This document shows, piece by piece, positions 19,185-28,664 of a stretch of 64,000 bases of DNA. Source of the DNA: Candidatus Nomurabacteria bacterium (GTDB lineage Bacteria; Patescibacteriota; Saccharimonadia; Saccharimonadales; CAIOMD01); the NCBI GenBank assembly GCA_020631975.1, contig JACKGO010000003.1, forward strand, positions 106,973 to 170,972, in the 5' to 3' direction. Made by a program: the position numbers and the translations under genes. The notes beneath the pieces are model-generated. The model worked only from the letters and a program-made list of their open reading frames with translations, was not told the DNA's origin and did not search any database. Position 1 is the stretch's first letter. Each line of letters opens with the position of its first letter.

Positions 19185-19371
19185 CGATCTGCCCTCCTTC
19201 AAGGGGTGTCTTGGCGGAACTTCCGCCACACGCCCCTTATGGGCGCGGTTTATTATTTACAGCTATCTGTGCTATACGCAATAAACCACGCCCATTAGGA
19301 GGTCATAACCTGTAGTAGTTAGTGTCATATGGGCATTCGGCCACAAGCTTAAAAATAAGCTTGGGCTGCAA

Positions 19372-19397
19372 AAGACCCAAATGACTATCTAGTTTGC
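19372..19397. repeat. Right inverted repeat bounding the GC-rich segment
   Basis: AAGACCCAAATGACTATCTAGTTTGC is the reverse-complement partner of 17871-17896. Confidence 0.8.
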
Positions 19398-19654
19398 TTT
19401 GTTTACGTTATTTGTCTTGTTATAGACAACAAAGCATATGTCTAAATTGTTAAGCATCACCAAGCAAACCGGACCCACCTCGCTCGTTGATTGGATTAGT
19501 AACATAATATGACATTATTGACTTTTTGTCAATAGCTATAAGCAATATGTTTTTGGTTATGCTTACCTTTGCTATGTTTTGCCGTACAGGCACTTTGCAT
19601 CACCTTATAACGTTGGTTTATAAGTTACCAGACAGCCTACTATATGGTGTATTT

Positions 19655-21823
19655 TTATTCGTTAGCAGTTTCTGGAATAGGGAACGTAAAGCCAAAGGTG
19701 CTGCCTTTGCCCTCGGTAGTTTTAAATATCATTGCCCCGCCCTGTGCAATTACCACTTTTTTGGCCATATACAGCCCTAGGCCGGTGCCATCTGGGCGTG
19801 ATTTTTTAGCATTCGCTGCGCGGTAAAACTTGGTAAACAAATGGTGTTGGTCTTTTTTTGGCACGCCTATACCTGTATCTGTTACAGTGTATTCGATGCT
19901 ATTTTTTAGTTGCTTAAGGGCAACCGTTATACGGCCACCGCGTGGCGTGTAGTAAATAGCGTTATCTACAAAGTTCATAATCACCTGCCGAATTTTTGTT
20001 TCGTCTAGGTTTAGGGTTACAAATTCAGCTGGCTTGGTAAACACCAGCTCTAATTCACGGGCCTTGGCGGTTTCTTGCAGCTGGTTTATTTCGCTCTCGA
20101 CAACATCTGGTAAATAGGTTGGGTTTGCTTCTATGACAAATTTACCTGTTTTTAAGCGGCTCACATTAAGTAAATCGGCAATTAAATATACCATACGCTG
20201 GCTACTTAAGAATGCTTGGTCTAAAAAGCGTTTTTGGGTGTCATTTACGGGGCCGGCGTCGCCTTCTAAAATCATGCTAATGTAGCCTTTTACGCTAGTA
20301 AGTGGCGTGCGTAGCTGGTGTGATGCCATACTAATAAATTCGTCTTTGGCTTCATCGAGCTTTTGCAGCTTTTCGTTGCTTTTTTGTAGCTCTTTGGTCG
20401 CTTCTTCTATTTTTTTCTGAAGTGTTATGTTGAACTGACTAATTTCATTAAATTGTAGATTATTTTGCACCGCAATGGCTACTTCATCCGCGATAATCTC
20501 AAGAAGTTGCATATCTTCTTTTGTGTAGTCATTACCACTTCTTTTTTCACCAATAATGATATATCCGACATCGACATCACTAGATATCATTTGTACACAT
20601 AGCTCTATACCGAGCGCCTTAAATGCTACTTTGACGGTATCGGGCAAATCCTCGTCATCTATACGTATTACTTTTTTTGAAACACCACTGACATATTCTA
20701 AAACTTCATGCCACTCGTGCTTAGAAAACAATGTCGTGTTTGACCCAGCTATATGAAAATCAACTGTTGCTGCTGCATTTATATAGTAATTACAGAAAGT
20801 GACTTTTATATTGTTTTCGATTAATAGCGCAATCCGACCTATAAGATCATGGAGTTGATTTTTAGATACGAGTAGTGAGTTTATTTGGTTAATGAGCTCT
20901 TGGGAATTGTAGGCATCCTTAAAGAATATTTTATTTGTATATTTATCGAACTTAGAGCGTAGATTGCCTACTGTAAATACTACAAGCAGTGTTGCTATAA
21001 CCGTGACATAAAAGCTTTTATCAAACTGGAGGGCTGATTGTGTTAAACTAGCGCTCAACAGAACAACAATCATGGTATATGTTACGGATATGAACAGGAT
21101 CAAGAATGTATAGCTGATAAGCCTTAGAACGACAAATTTGAACTCAAATAGCTGATATTTAAACATCGCCATAAACATTGCAATTGTATTAATGAGCGTG
21201 AAGGGCGGCCCAAGCCACACATATGTTACATAGCCCAATAATGGCATTGCAACATTAGTTACAAGTGCCAGGCTGCTCGACAACACTACGCCAAAATATG
21301 TATATAACACTTGTAATCGAGCCGTACCTTTAAGCGTTCTAATTTTTTGTAATAAAGTAATATAAACAAGTAAAAAGAAAACTATTAAAAACAAACCATA
21401 CAATAGAAAGCCTGGGTTTCGTGGATTTATTTTGTTAAAAGGTTCTGCTAATTCTATAGGATAAATAATAAAATTCACATTTATTAGCAAAGGAATTGTT
21501 GCAAGTAAAAGGGCTACTACACTACTATATATATGAATTTTTTTTAATCTGCTATTTTCTGGGAATTGAATAGCAAATAACCATAAAAGTACAGGGGTGA
21601 ATAACGGTGCGATATAAAATAACTGTGCCCCAAAATAAGCGGTCGTCGTAGAATCTGACGTTAACATAAGTATGTCACCCACAGCCCATAATATGACTGT
21701 CGCTAATACCGACAGAAAGACATATTTATAAGGTTGCTTCTTCAGAGAAGCTAACACAGTAATTGCAAGCACAGCATTGGCAATTACTGTAATTGCCAAT
21801 AAACTAAAAGCGACAAGTAGCAT
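19655..21823 (-). CDS. Membrane sensor histidine kinase
   Basis: About 8 N-terminal TM segments, a central sensory region, HisKA (SHQLRTPLT) and HATPase_c (DTGIGV, GTGLGL). Confidence 0.9.
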   Translation of the reverse strand: MLLVAFSLLAITVIANAVLAITVLASLKKQPYKYVFLSVLATVILWAVGDILMLTSDSTTTAYFGAQLFYIAPLFTPVLLWLFAIQFPENSRLKKIHIYSSVVALLLATIPLLINVNFIIYPIELAEPFNKINPRNPGFLLYGLFLIVFFLLVYITLLQKIRTLKGTARLQVLYTYFGVVLSSSLALVTNVAMPLLGYVTYVWLGPPFTLINTIAMFMAMFKYQLFEFKFVVLRLISYTFLILFISVTYTMIVVLLSASLTQSALQFDKSFYVTVIATLLVVFTVGNLRSKFDKYTNKIFFKDAYNSQELINQINSLLVSKNQLHDLIGRIALLIENNIKVTFCNYYINAAATVDFHIAGSNTTLFSKHEWHEVLEYVSGVSKKVIRIDDEDLPDTVKVAFKALGIELCVQMISSDVDVGYIIIGEKRSGNDYTKEDMQLLEIIADEVAIAVQNNLQFNEISQFNITLQKKIEEATKELQKSNEKLQKLDEAKDEFISMASHQLRTPLTSVKGYISMILEGDAGPVNDTQKRFLDQAFLSSQRMVYLIADLLNVSRLKTGKFVIEANPTYLPDVVESEINQLQETAKARELELVFTKPAEFVTLNLDETKIRQVIMNFVDNAIYYTPRGGRITVALKQLKNSIEYTVTDTGIGVPKKDQHHLFTKFYRAANAKKSRPDGTGLGLYMAKKVVIAQGGAMIFKTTEGKGSTFGFTFPIPETANE

Positions 21824-21871
21824 AAGTATTATTGTACTACGCAGTTACGTTAAGCTAAATGCTATAATCGG

Positions 21872-23401
21872 TTATGTAATCACGTACTTACCAAAGCTTT
21901 GTAAACGCGCAGGTTTTATATCATATTCTTGAAAAAGCTGACGCCATACAATTACTTTTTCTGGTGTGACTGGGCCTGTTAATGCAATTTCTCTAGTTTT
22001 TGTATCAATCTCTTCTTTACTATATCCTTTACCCGCCAAATCTTTACGGTATCGAGATAAAATAGACGTTTCTATCTCGCAGCCAAATAAATCGTTGTGC
22101 TCATCTGCAAAAGTACCATACCCCCACTGTATTCTACGAGTACCACTTTCATGCATACCAACTACCCAGGCTACAGTCGCCCCATAGCGTGATGCTATAT
22201 CTGGGTCAATACATGCGGGTTGGCTATCATCAATAATAAGGAGGCCTTCTTTGCTGGCGGCAATTTCTTCTTGAGTAAGTTGCGAAGTAATTGCGGATAT
22301 AGCAACCGAGCTACTAGAAAGCAATTCTTCCATTGATTGAGCAATATGCACATTAGCTCCGTCTTGGGCCATTTCTTCTGCGATTGTAAGTGTCAGCGGT
22401 TCTCTGCTGTCATAGAGTGTTATCTTTGCGTCTGGATAATAGCTTGGTGCCAAGCGAGCTATAGAAGCACCGATCTTCCCCAACCCTGCAATTGCTAAAT
22501 GACGAGGTGCATGCTCATCTATTATTCCCTGTTCTATTGCTACGTTTATCGTTTGAAAAATTAAAACTATTGTTCCTGCATGCCCCGTGGTAGTAAAAAT
22601 ACCTTTATTGTCAATGCGAGCACCATAATCTGTAATGCGCGGCAAAACCGCCCCAAACCCTGCTACATCTGCACCCAAACGTCTGGCAAATTCAGTAGCA
22701 TTATTAACACCTTGTATTGCTTGCCAACCGGCAGTCATAAAAGCTGTTGTGTATTCTGTCTCGTCAACATAATCTGCTTTTTCAGGAAACATATCTTCTG
22801 GTGAAACTAAAGCACAGACGACAGCACCACGATCACCATCGTCATCTTCTTCATAAAAATCTAAAATGAACGGTGGCACACCGTGAATAAATAAACTCCG
22901 ATATTTATTAGGTACATAACGAAGAATTGGAATGATTAATTCTGATTCAGCACCATAATCCTGATTCTTGCGAGAAGCTCTACCTGGCACCAGAAACGCG
23001 TATGAAAGAATTGATCGCACATTACTCGCATCTGACGTGTCTGACATAACTTCTTCATATACTCCAAACGTAGACTCAATAAAAAGTCTTGTGGCTTCTA
23101 TTTCTTCGTTTGTAATGTCATCTGAATGATGTACGACTAAATAATCAGCAAGTGCATACATTTTAGATTCGACTGTTGACTTATCATACGTACCATAATC
23201 AATTTCTTGGTCTAGAAACACACGCTCTATCCATTCTCCTGTCGATTCCTGGACTCTTTCTAGACGCTTGTGTTGACCATCCTCAAAACGCGCAGCCATC
23301 GCACGCATTCGCATATCATGATAAGGATGCAAATAATCGTGCATAATGTCTACCGATGCATGGTAATTAGCAGAATTATCTATATCGTATGTATTTGTCA
23401 T
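21872..23401 (-). CDS. Rossmann-fold oxidoreductase resembling the COG5322 / acyl-ACP-reductase-like family, with an N-terminal extension of about 130 aa
   Basis: FTTTGHAGT and IAGLGKIGASIA (GxGxxG) follow the same order as FTTGNTHTA / VGATGDIGSAV recalled from cyanobacterial AAR. The family call is from memory of that pattern only. Confidence 0.4.
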   Translation of the reverse strand: MTNTYDIDNSANYHASVDIMHDYLHPYHDMRMRAMAARFEDGQHKRLERVQESTGEWIERVFLDQEIDYGTYDKSTVESKMYALADYLVVHHSDDITNEEIEATRLFIESTFGVYEEVMSDTSDASNVRSILSYAFLVPGRASRKNQDYGAESELIIPILRYVPNKYRSLFIHGVPPFILDFYEEDDDGDRGAVVCALVSPEDMFPEKADYVDETEYTTAFMTAGWQAIQGVNNATEFARRLGADVAGFGAVLPRITDYGARIDNKGIFTTTGHAGTIVLIFQTINVAIEQGIIDEHAPRHLAIAGLGKIGASIARLAPSYYPDAKITLYDSREPLTLTIAEEMAQDGANVHIAQSMEELLSSSSVAISAITSQLTQEEIAASKEGLLIIDDSQPACIDPDIASRYGATVAWVVGMHESGTRRIQWGYGTFADEHNDLFGCEIETSILSRYRKDLAGKGYSKEEIDTKTREIALTGPVTPEKVIVWRQLFQEYDIKPARLQSFGKYVIT

Positions 23402-23472
23402 AATTATTTGTTTCGCTTGCTTGCAGTACTAATACATGATTGAGCCATCATAGACGAGGCACATTGCAGATA

Positions 23473-23691
23473 CTACAGTTTAATACCACCACGGATAATT
23501 GTAGCTGCCGCTAACGCGATTGGTAACGTTGCAGCATTATATGCTGCACGACCAAGCACCTCACAGCGGCTCGGTAATTCACTGCCAAGACCCTTTTCTA
23601 GTAATGGTTTAGCTGGGACATAAAGTGTAGCTTCTGCTAACTCTCGAGCTATATCATTGATAGGTGAAAATGTATTCTCTCTATTTGCCAT
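23473..23691 (-). CDS. Hypothetical 72-aa protein
   Basis: ORF only. It is co-directional with, and upstream of, the oxidoreductase and kinase genes. Confidence 0.4.
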   Translation of the reverse strand: MANRENTFSPINDIARELAEATLYVPAKPLLEKGLGSELPSRCEVLGRAAYNAATLPIALAAATIIRGGIKL

Positions 23692-23861
23692 GTTTACGTC
23701 CTTATTAATATTGCTATTTGATTATATATATAGTATAGCATTTATTTTAATGAAAGCAATGTTTCTACACGTAAAAATACAGAGTGTTGAGCAGTTTTTT
23801 GTGATGACGATTTAATCGCTACCATAGGCGTGCTCAGGCCTATTTATAGATAAATGATTGG

Positions 23862-24011
23862 TCATCGTGTGCGATGTGGCCGAGACGAACTTGGCCGCAT
23901 ATCACCTATTTTGCGACGACGCTTTGTACCAGAACCAACTGCACGGTACATAGCCCGTTGTTTTGCCTTACCGCGTTTATGTGCACGATAAAGCTGCATT
24001 GGCTTGGCCAC
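23862..24011 (-). CDS. Candidate small, highly basic protein (49 aa, GTG start), not in the ORF track
   Basis: Own translation: VAKPMQLYRAHKRGKAKQRAMYRAVGSGTKRRRKIGDMRPSSSRPHRTR. GGAGG lies 8 nt upstream of the GTG. Confidence 0.3.
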   Translation of the reverse strand: MAKPMQLYRAHKRGKAKQRAMYRAVGSGTKRRRKIGDMRPSSSRPHRTR

Positions 24012-24164
24012 TTCATTCACCTCCTTTGTTACTTGTGTTGATGTGCCGGAAAAGCAAGTGCTCTTCCTATGTGCTATTTAAGCGTATTTAGCAGCGTATT
24101 AACAGCCGTGCACCCAAACAAATAAAATGCTATGCTTATACGTAGCAAAAAGGACAGATGTATT

Positions 24165-24530
24165 ATGGCAAAAAAGATTGCAATTATAGAAGATGATGCT
24201 GCCATTGCGCAGATGTATCGGATGAAGTTTGAGGCCGAAGGTTTTTTTGTAGAAACTGCAGAAAACGGTAAATACGGTCTAGAGCTCGCCGAAGAAATGC
24301 GCCCAGATATTATACTGCTAGACTTGATGATGCCCGAAATGAACGGCGATGAAATGTTAGCTCGCTTACGTGCCACTAATTGGGGCAAAAACATAAAAGT
24401 AATAATTTTGACCAACATGGGCGAACAAGAAGCACCGCAGACATTAAAAGAGCTCAATGTACTAACGTTTATTGTAAAAGCAGATATGACCCCACGCCAA
24501 GTAGCCGACCTTGTGCAAAAATACATTTAA
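24165..24530 (+). CDS. Stand-alone response-regulator receiver domain (CheY-like)
   Basis: IAIIEDD, DIILLDLMMPEMNG and the K in FIVKAD. The start was moved to the internal ATG (MAKKIAII). Confidence 0.85.
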   Translation: MAKKIAIIEDDAAIAQMYRMKFEAEGFFVETAENGKYGLELAEEMRPDIILLDLMMPEMNGDEMLARLRATNWGKNIKVIILTNMGEQEAPQTLKELNVLTFIVKADMTPRQVADLVQKYI

Positions 24531-24562
24531 GCCACACATACTACTAACTGATATAATGGCTA

Positions 24563-25867
24563 GTGATGAAGATTGCTATTGTTGGTTTTGACAGAGAAGG
24601 TCGTGCTTCGTACGATTACTTTAGTGCTCGTGGACATTCTATAGCTGTATTTGACCAAAATCCAAACGTAGTACTACCAAAAGATGTTAGTGGCGTACTG
24701 GGTGATTCATATTTACAAACAGTAAAAAACTATGATCTAGTGGTACGAACCCCTAGTTTACACCCATCACAACTATTAGCCGCTCACGTACAAAACGATA
24801 AAATATGGTCTGGTACCAATGAGTTTTTAAAAGTTTGCCCCACAAAAAATATTATTGGTGTTACTGGCACTAAAGGCAAAGGCACGACCAGTAGCCTCAT
24901 TACAAAAATGCTAGAAAAAGCCGGTAAAACAGTTTGGCTCGGTGGTAATATTGGCATCCCGGCACTAGATATGCTAAAAAACGACATTAAACCAGATGAT
25001 TGGGTAGTGTTGGAACTTTCTAATTTTCAGCTTATAGATTTGCAGTCTTCGCCCCACATTGCGGTATGTCTGATGGTGGTGCCTGAACATTTAGACTGGC
25101 ACAAAGATTTTATTGAATATACTGACGCGAAAAGGAACTTGTTTGCGCATCAGGATAATAAAGATATTGCCATTTACTTTGCAGAAAATGAAACATCAAA
25201 AGCTATCGCCAGCGCCGGAGATGGCAAAAAGATATCATACTATTCAGACGTGGGTGCTTACATAAAAGATAACGCTGTCGTTATTAATGGTCACAGAATA
25301 TGCACGGTTGATGAAATCGCTCTACTCGGCAAACATAACTGGCAAAATGTTTGCGCTGCCGTTACTGCAGTTTGGCAAGTGACCCAAGATGTATCAGCAA
25401 TAGCCAAAGCAATCAAAGAATTTACCGGCTTACAGCATCGTATTGAATATGTTGGTGAGAAAAATGGTATTAAGTTTTACAACGACTCTTTTGCTACTGG
25501 GCTTCATGCGACAAAAGCTGCATTAAGCGCTATAGAAGGGCCGAAGATAGCTATAATTGGCGGTTACGACCGTATGCTAGATATCGATGAATTTGGCGTA
25601 TTTTTACGTGATGAAGCCAAAGACATAAAGCAAATTCTACTTATTGGTGATAGCCAAAATAGAGTAGCAACGATGCTTTCTGGCGCGGGCCTACATAATT
25701 ACACACAAAGTGATGCGAATAATATGAAGCAAATTGTTGCCGAAGCAGTTAAGTTAGCAGATGCGGGCGATGCTATTGTGCTTTCGCCAGGATTCGCTAG
25801 TTTTGGGTTGTTTAGCAATTTTGAAGAACGCGGCACTTTATTTAAAAAAGAAGTAGCAAAGCTATAA
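24563..25867 (+). CDS. murD: UDP-N-acetylmuramoyl-L-alanine--glutamate ligase (MurD-type Mur ligase)
   Basis: N-terminal Rossmann-like IAIVGFDREG, then GVTGTKGKGTTSS P-loop and Mur ligase middle and C-terminal domains. GTG start. Confidence 0.85.
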   Translation: MMKIAIVGFDREGRASYDYFSARGHSIAVFDQNPNVVLPKDVSGVLGDSYLQTVKNYDLVVRTPSLHPSQLLAAHVQNDKIWSGTNEFLKVCPTKNIIGVTGTKGKGTTSSLITKMLEKAGKTVWLGGNIGIPALDMLKNDIKPDDWVVLELSNFQLIDLQSSPHIAVCLMVVPEHLDWHKDFIEYTDAKRNLFAHQDNKDIAIYFAENETSKAIASAGDGKKISYYSDVGAYIKDNAVVINGHRICTVDEIALLGKHNWQNVCAAVTAVWQVTQDVSAIAKAIKEFTGLQHRIEYVGEKNGIKFYNDSFATGLHATKAALSAIEGPKIAIIGGYDRMLDIDEFGVFLRDEAKDIKQILLIGDSQNRVATMLSGAGLHNYTQSDANNMKQIVAEAVKLADAGDAIVLSPGFASFGLFSNFEERGTLFKKEVAKL

Positions 25868-27150
25868 TGGCATACACTACTTTTAGTTTTGATTCTTATT
25901 CTTTTGATATCATCACACAGAAATTAGAATTAAAATACAGTATCGACGAGACTCTGCGGTTTACGGAAGAATTTATCTTTAAAGTCAGTCCCGTTAGCTA
26001 TAACACAGCAGCGCTCGATCGCGCCTGCCAGCTATTATTTTTTATTGCTGGCGTGTCTTACTACAAAACCTACGCACCAAAAAATATTTCAGTAAACATG
26101 GGTGAGATAGACGAAAAGCTAGCTCAATTTTTAAGCAAAACGTACCAGCGCGGATTGCGTGAATTTTTTTATCAAAACAATATACCGATTACAACGGATA
26201 TTACCTTCCCTATAAATCATATTGAAGAATTACCATTACTACATACAGCTACAAAGCCTGGCATGCTAATTGCTGTGGGCGGGGGTAAAGATTCTATAGT
26301 AAGCTATGAATTAGCTAAAAAAAGTAGCTTGCCTATTAAAACCTGGAGCCTAGGGCACAAAAATCAGCTTGAGCCGTTAGTTACAATAATGGCGCCAGAC
26401 CAGCATATTTGGGTTGAGCGCACTATAGACAAGAAGCTGATTAATAGGACCCTACCCGATGCTCTGAATGGGCATATACCAATTTCTGCCATTTTTGCCG
26501 CAGCAAGCAGTATTATCTGTATTTTAACAGGCACACAAGATGCTGTGATGAGTAACGAGCAATCTGCAAACGAACCTACGCTATACGTAGATAATGAGCC
26601 GGTGAATCATCAATACTCAAAATCTGCTGAGTTTGAGCAAGATTACCAATCTATTTTGGAACATCTGTTTGGAGAAACCATACGATACTACTCATTACTA
26701 CGTCCGTATTTCGAGGCTAAAATTGTACAAATATTTAGTGAAAATTATTATGAAAAATATAAAGCAGTTTTTAGTTCTTGCAACCGTGCATTCACACAAA
26801 ATTCAAACAGTATTTACTGGTGTGGCGATTGCCCAAAATGTGCCTTTGCCTACCTGGCGCTTTTTTGCTTTTTACCAGAAGAAAAAGTAAATACCTTGTT
26901 TAAAGGCAAAAACCTACTTATTGATCCCAACTTAACGACAACGTATAAAAAACTTCTCGGCATAACAGAAGATGGCAAGCCTTTTGAGTGTGTGGGTGAA
27001 ATAAAAGAATCACGTGTGCTAATGAATATTGCAAAAGATAAAATCAGTTTATTGAATTTTGGTAATTATAGCATTCCGAAAGGGTTTGATTGGCAAAATA
27101 AAATGCCAAATAATATTCCCCGAGATATCTTAGAAAAAATAGCGCTATAG
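25867..27150 (+). CDS. PP-loop (adenine-nucleotide alpha-hydrolase-like) protein translationally coupled to murD; candidate MurL-type epimerase
   Basis: TAATG stop/start overlap with murD. VGGGKDS PP-loop-like motif. WCGDCPKCAF Cys cluster, QueC-like. The function is inferred, not demonstrated. Confidence 0.55.
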   Translation: MAYTTFSFDSYSFDIITQKLELKYSIDETLRFTEEFIFKVSPVSYNTAALDRACQLLFFIAGVSYYKTYAPKNISVNMGEIDEKLAQFLSKTYQRGLREFFYQNNIPITTDITFPINHIEELPLLHTATKPGMLIAVGGGKDSIVSYELAKKSSLPIKTWSLGHKNQLEPLVTIMAPDQHIWVERTIDKKLINRTLPDALNGHIPISAIFAAASSIICILTGTQDAVMSNEQSANEPTLYVDNEPVNHQYSKSAEFEQDYQSILEHLFGETIRYYSLLRPYFEAKIVQIFSENYYEKYKAVFSSCNRAFTQNSNSIYWCGDCPKCAFAYLALFCFLPEEKVNTLFKGKNLLIDPNLTTTYKKLLGITEDGKPFECVGEIKESRVLMNIAKDKISLLNFGNYSIPKGFDWQNKMPNNIPRDILEKIAL

Positions 27151-27172
27151 TATTATTTTTAGAATAATAAGC

Positions 27173-27982
27173 TTAAGAACTTACTGTGTTGTATGCACTC
27201 CGAATAACGTTGTCAAATAATGCACAAACCGTTAACGGGCCAACGCCACCTTTTTTAGGGGTAATTGTAATATCATCTCTTGTGTAAACATCTTCAGAAA
27301 CATCGCCCTTCAATACACCCTTTTCGCTTGCCACACCAGCGTCTACAACAATAGCACCATGTTTTACAAGCTGCGAAGTTATAAGACTAGGTTTACCAAC
27401 AGCAGTTACAATTATATCTGCGTTAGCAATTGTATCTTCTTTATCTTTGGTATCAACGTCTACGACAACTGGGTCTAAACCGCTATTTTGCCATAATTTT
27501 TGTAGCGGGGCACCAACCAGGCGACCATAACCAACAATACAAATTTGTTTACCTTTTAGCTCTATATTATAGCCACTTAGCAGCCAGTTGATAGCCATAG
27601 GTGTGGCTGCATCAAACAAAGAACCGGGTGCTAACCCATCTACATCTTTTTGGGGCGATACAGCAGACACAACCGCTTCTGTGTCCATGCCTTCTGCTAG
27701 TGGCAATTGCACAATAACACCATGTATAGAGTTGTCTTTATTTAGGCTGTTTATAGTAGATACTATGTCTGAATCTGTAACTGAATACTCTTGTACGGTT
27801 ACACCAATATCCGCCCCGTACTTTTTCTTCAAATTAATATACGTGGCGATGGTGGGGTTGTTGCTTGCTGTAATGATTGCTAATACAGGATGCACATTAT
27901 GTTGTTGCACAAGCTGGCGCACCTGTTTTGCTTGGCGCTCTTTAATAAATCCTGCTAGTTCACTACCTAATAACTGTTTCAT
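27173..27982 (-). CDS. folD: Bifunctional methylenetetrahydrofolate dehydrogenase / methenyl-THF cyclohydrolase
   Basis: HGVIVQLPL, DVDGL, GYGRLVGAPL and PKKGGVGPLT motifs. Confidence 0.93.
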   Translation of the reverse strand: MKQLLGSELAGFIKERQAKQVRQLVQQHNVHPVLAIITASNNPTIATYINLKKKYGADIGVTVQEYSVTDSDIVSTINSLNKDNSIHGVIVQLPLAEGMDTEAVVSAVSPQKDVDGLAPGSLFDAATPMAINWLLSGYNIELKGKQICIVGYGRLVGAPLQKLWQNSGLDPVVVDVDTKDKEDTIANADIIVTAVGKPSLITSQLVKHGAIVVDAGVASEKGVLKGDVSEDVYTRDDITITPKKGGVGPLTVCALFDNVIRSAYNTVSS

Positions 27983-28028
27983 AAAACAGCTACTAGTTTA
28001 ACAGATTAATAAACTAATTTTTACTTTT

Positions 28029-28541
28029 TTAGGCTTTTGTTGATGTGTCGGTATTGTCTGGTGTACCACCTGTTGCGGTGTTTACCGTTAATAAACTCTT
28101 ATCAAATTTATCTTTGCCAAACCCTAGTATAAGAATACCTATTAGGCTAAAGATAACGAGTAAGAATATACTCCACACCGTATCTTTGCCAAATGCTTTG
28201 CCTAGTTCTAGTGCTACAAGCACAAAAACGACTAACACAGCTATCCATGCAACAAAATTAATAAGTGGAATAATCATAAGTAATGGAGCCAAACCCCACC
28301 AGCCTGGTTTTCCCACTATTTCGCATAGAGTCCAGTAGTTATATATAGGTATAATAGCCTTCCAGCCTTCTACCCCTGCTTTTTCAAATATCTTCCACAT
28401 TGCTACAATTTGAATGACTGCAATGGCTAGCCATAAGATTACCCACACCAAGAGAGCTCCCGCTAGTATCCCAGCGCCAGCAGCATCTGATGTTGTTAAC
28501 GTATAATCATAGTTATACGTATCTACTTGTGCAAAAAACAT
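28029..28541 (-). CDS. Small multi-pass membrane protein (DUF5684-like)
   Basis: WKIFEKAGVEGWKAIIPIYNYW motif and 4 hydrophobic segments. Confidence 0.6.
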   Translation of the reverse strand: MFFAQVDTYNYDYTLTTSDAAGAGILAGALLVWVILWLAIAVIQIVAMWKIFEKAGVEGWKAIIPIYNYWTLCEIVGKPGWWGLAPLLMIIPLINFVAWIAVLVVFVLVALELGKAFGKDTVWSIFLLVIFSLIGILILGFGKDKFDKSLLTVNTATGGTPDNTDTSTKA

Positions 28542-28664
28542 ATATCCTCCTCTTTTAATATTAGTATTATACGCCTAGCGCCATGTAAATAGACAGTTTA
28601 CATTTTGTAATTGATATGCAATAATTACCCCTGTTGTTTTTTAACACTCAACATATCTACAACA

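Noticed and set aside
17994-19298. Numerous overlapping ORFs on both strands inside the GC-rich segment (137, 78, 123, 78, 64, 122 and 87 aa).
   Set aside because: High GC suppresses stop codons in all frames. Only the 400-aa minus-strand frame has an RBS, a signal peptide and a full-length open frame.
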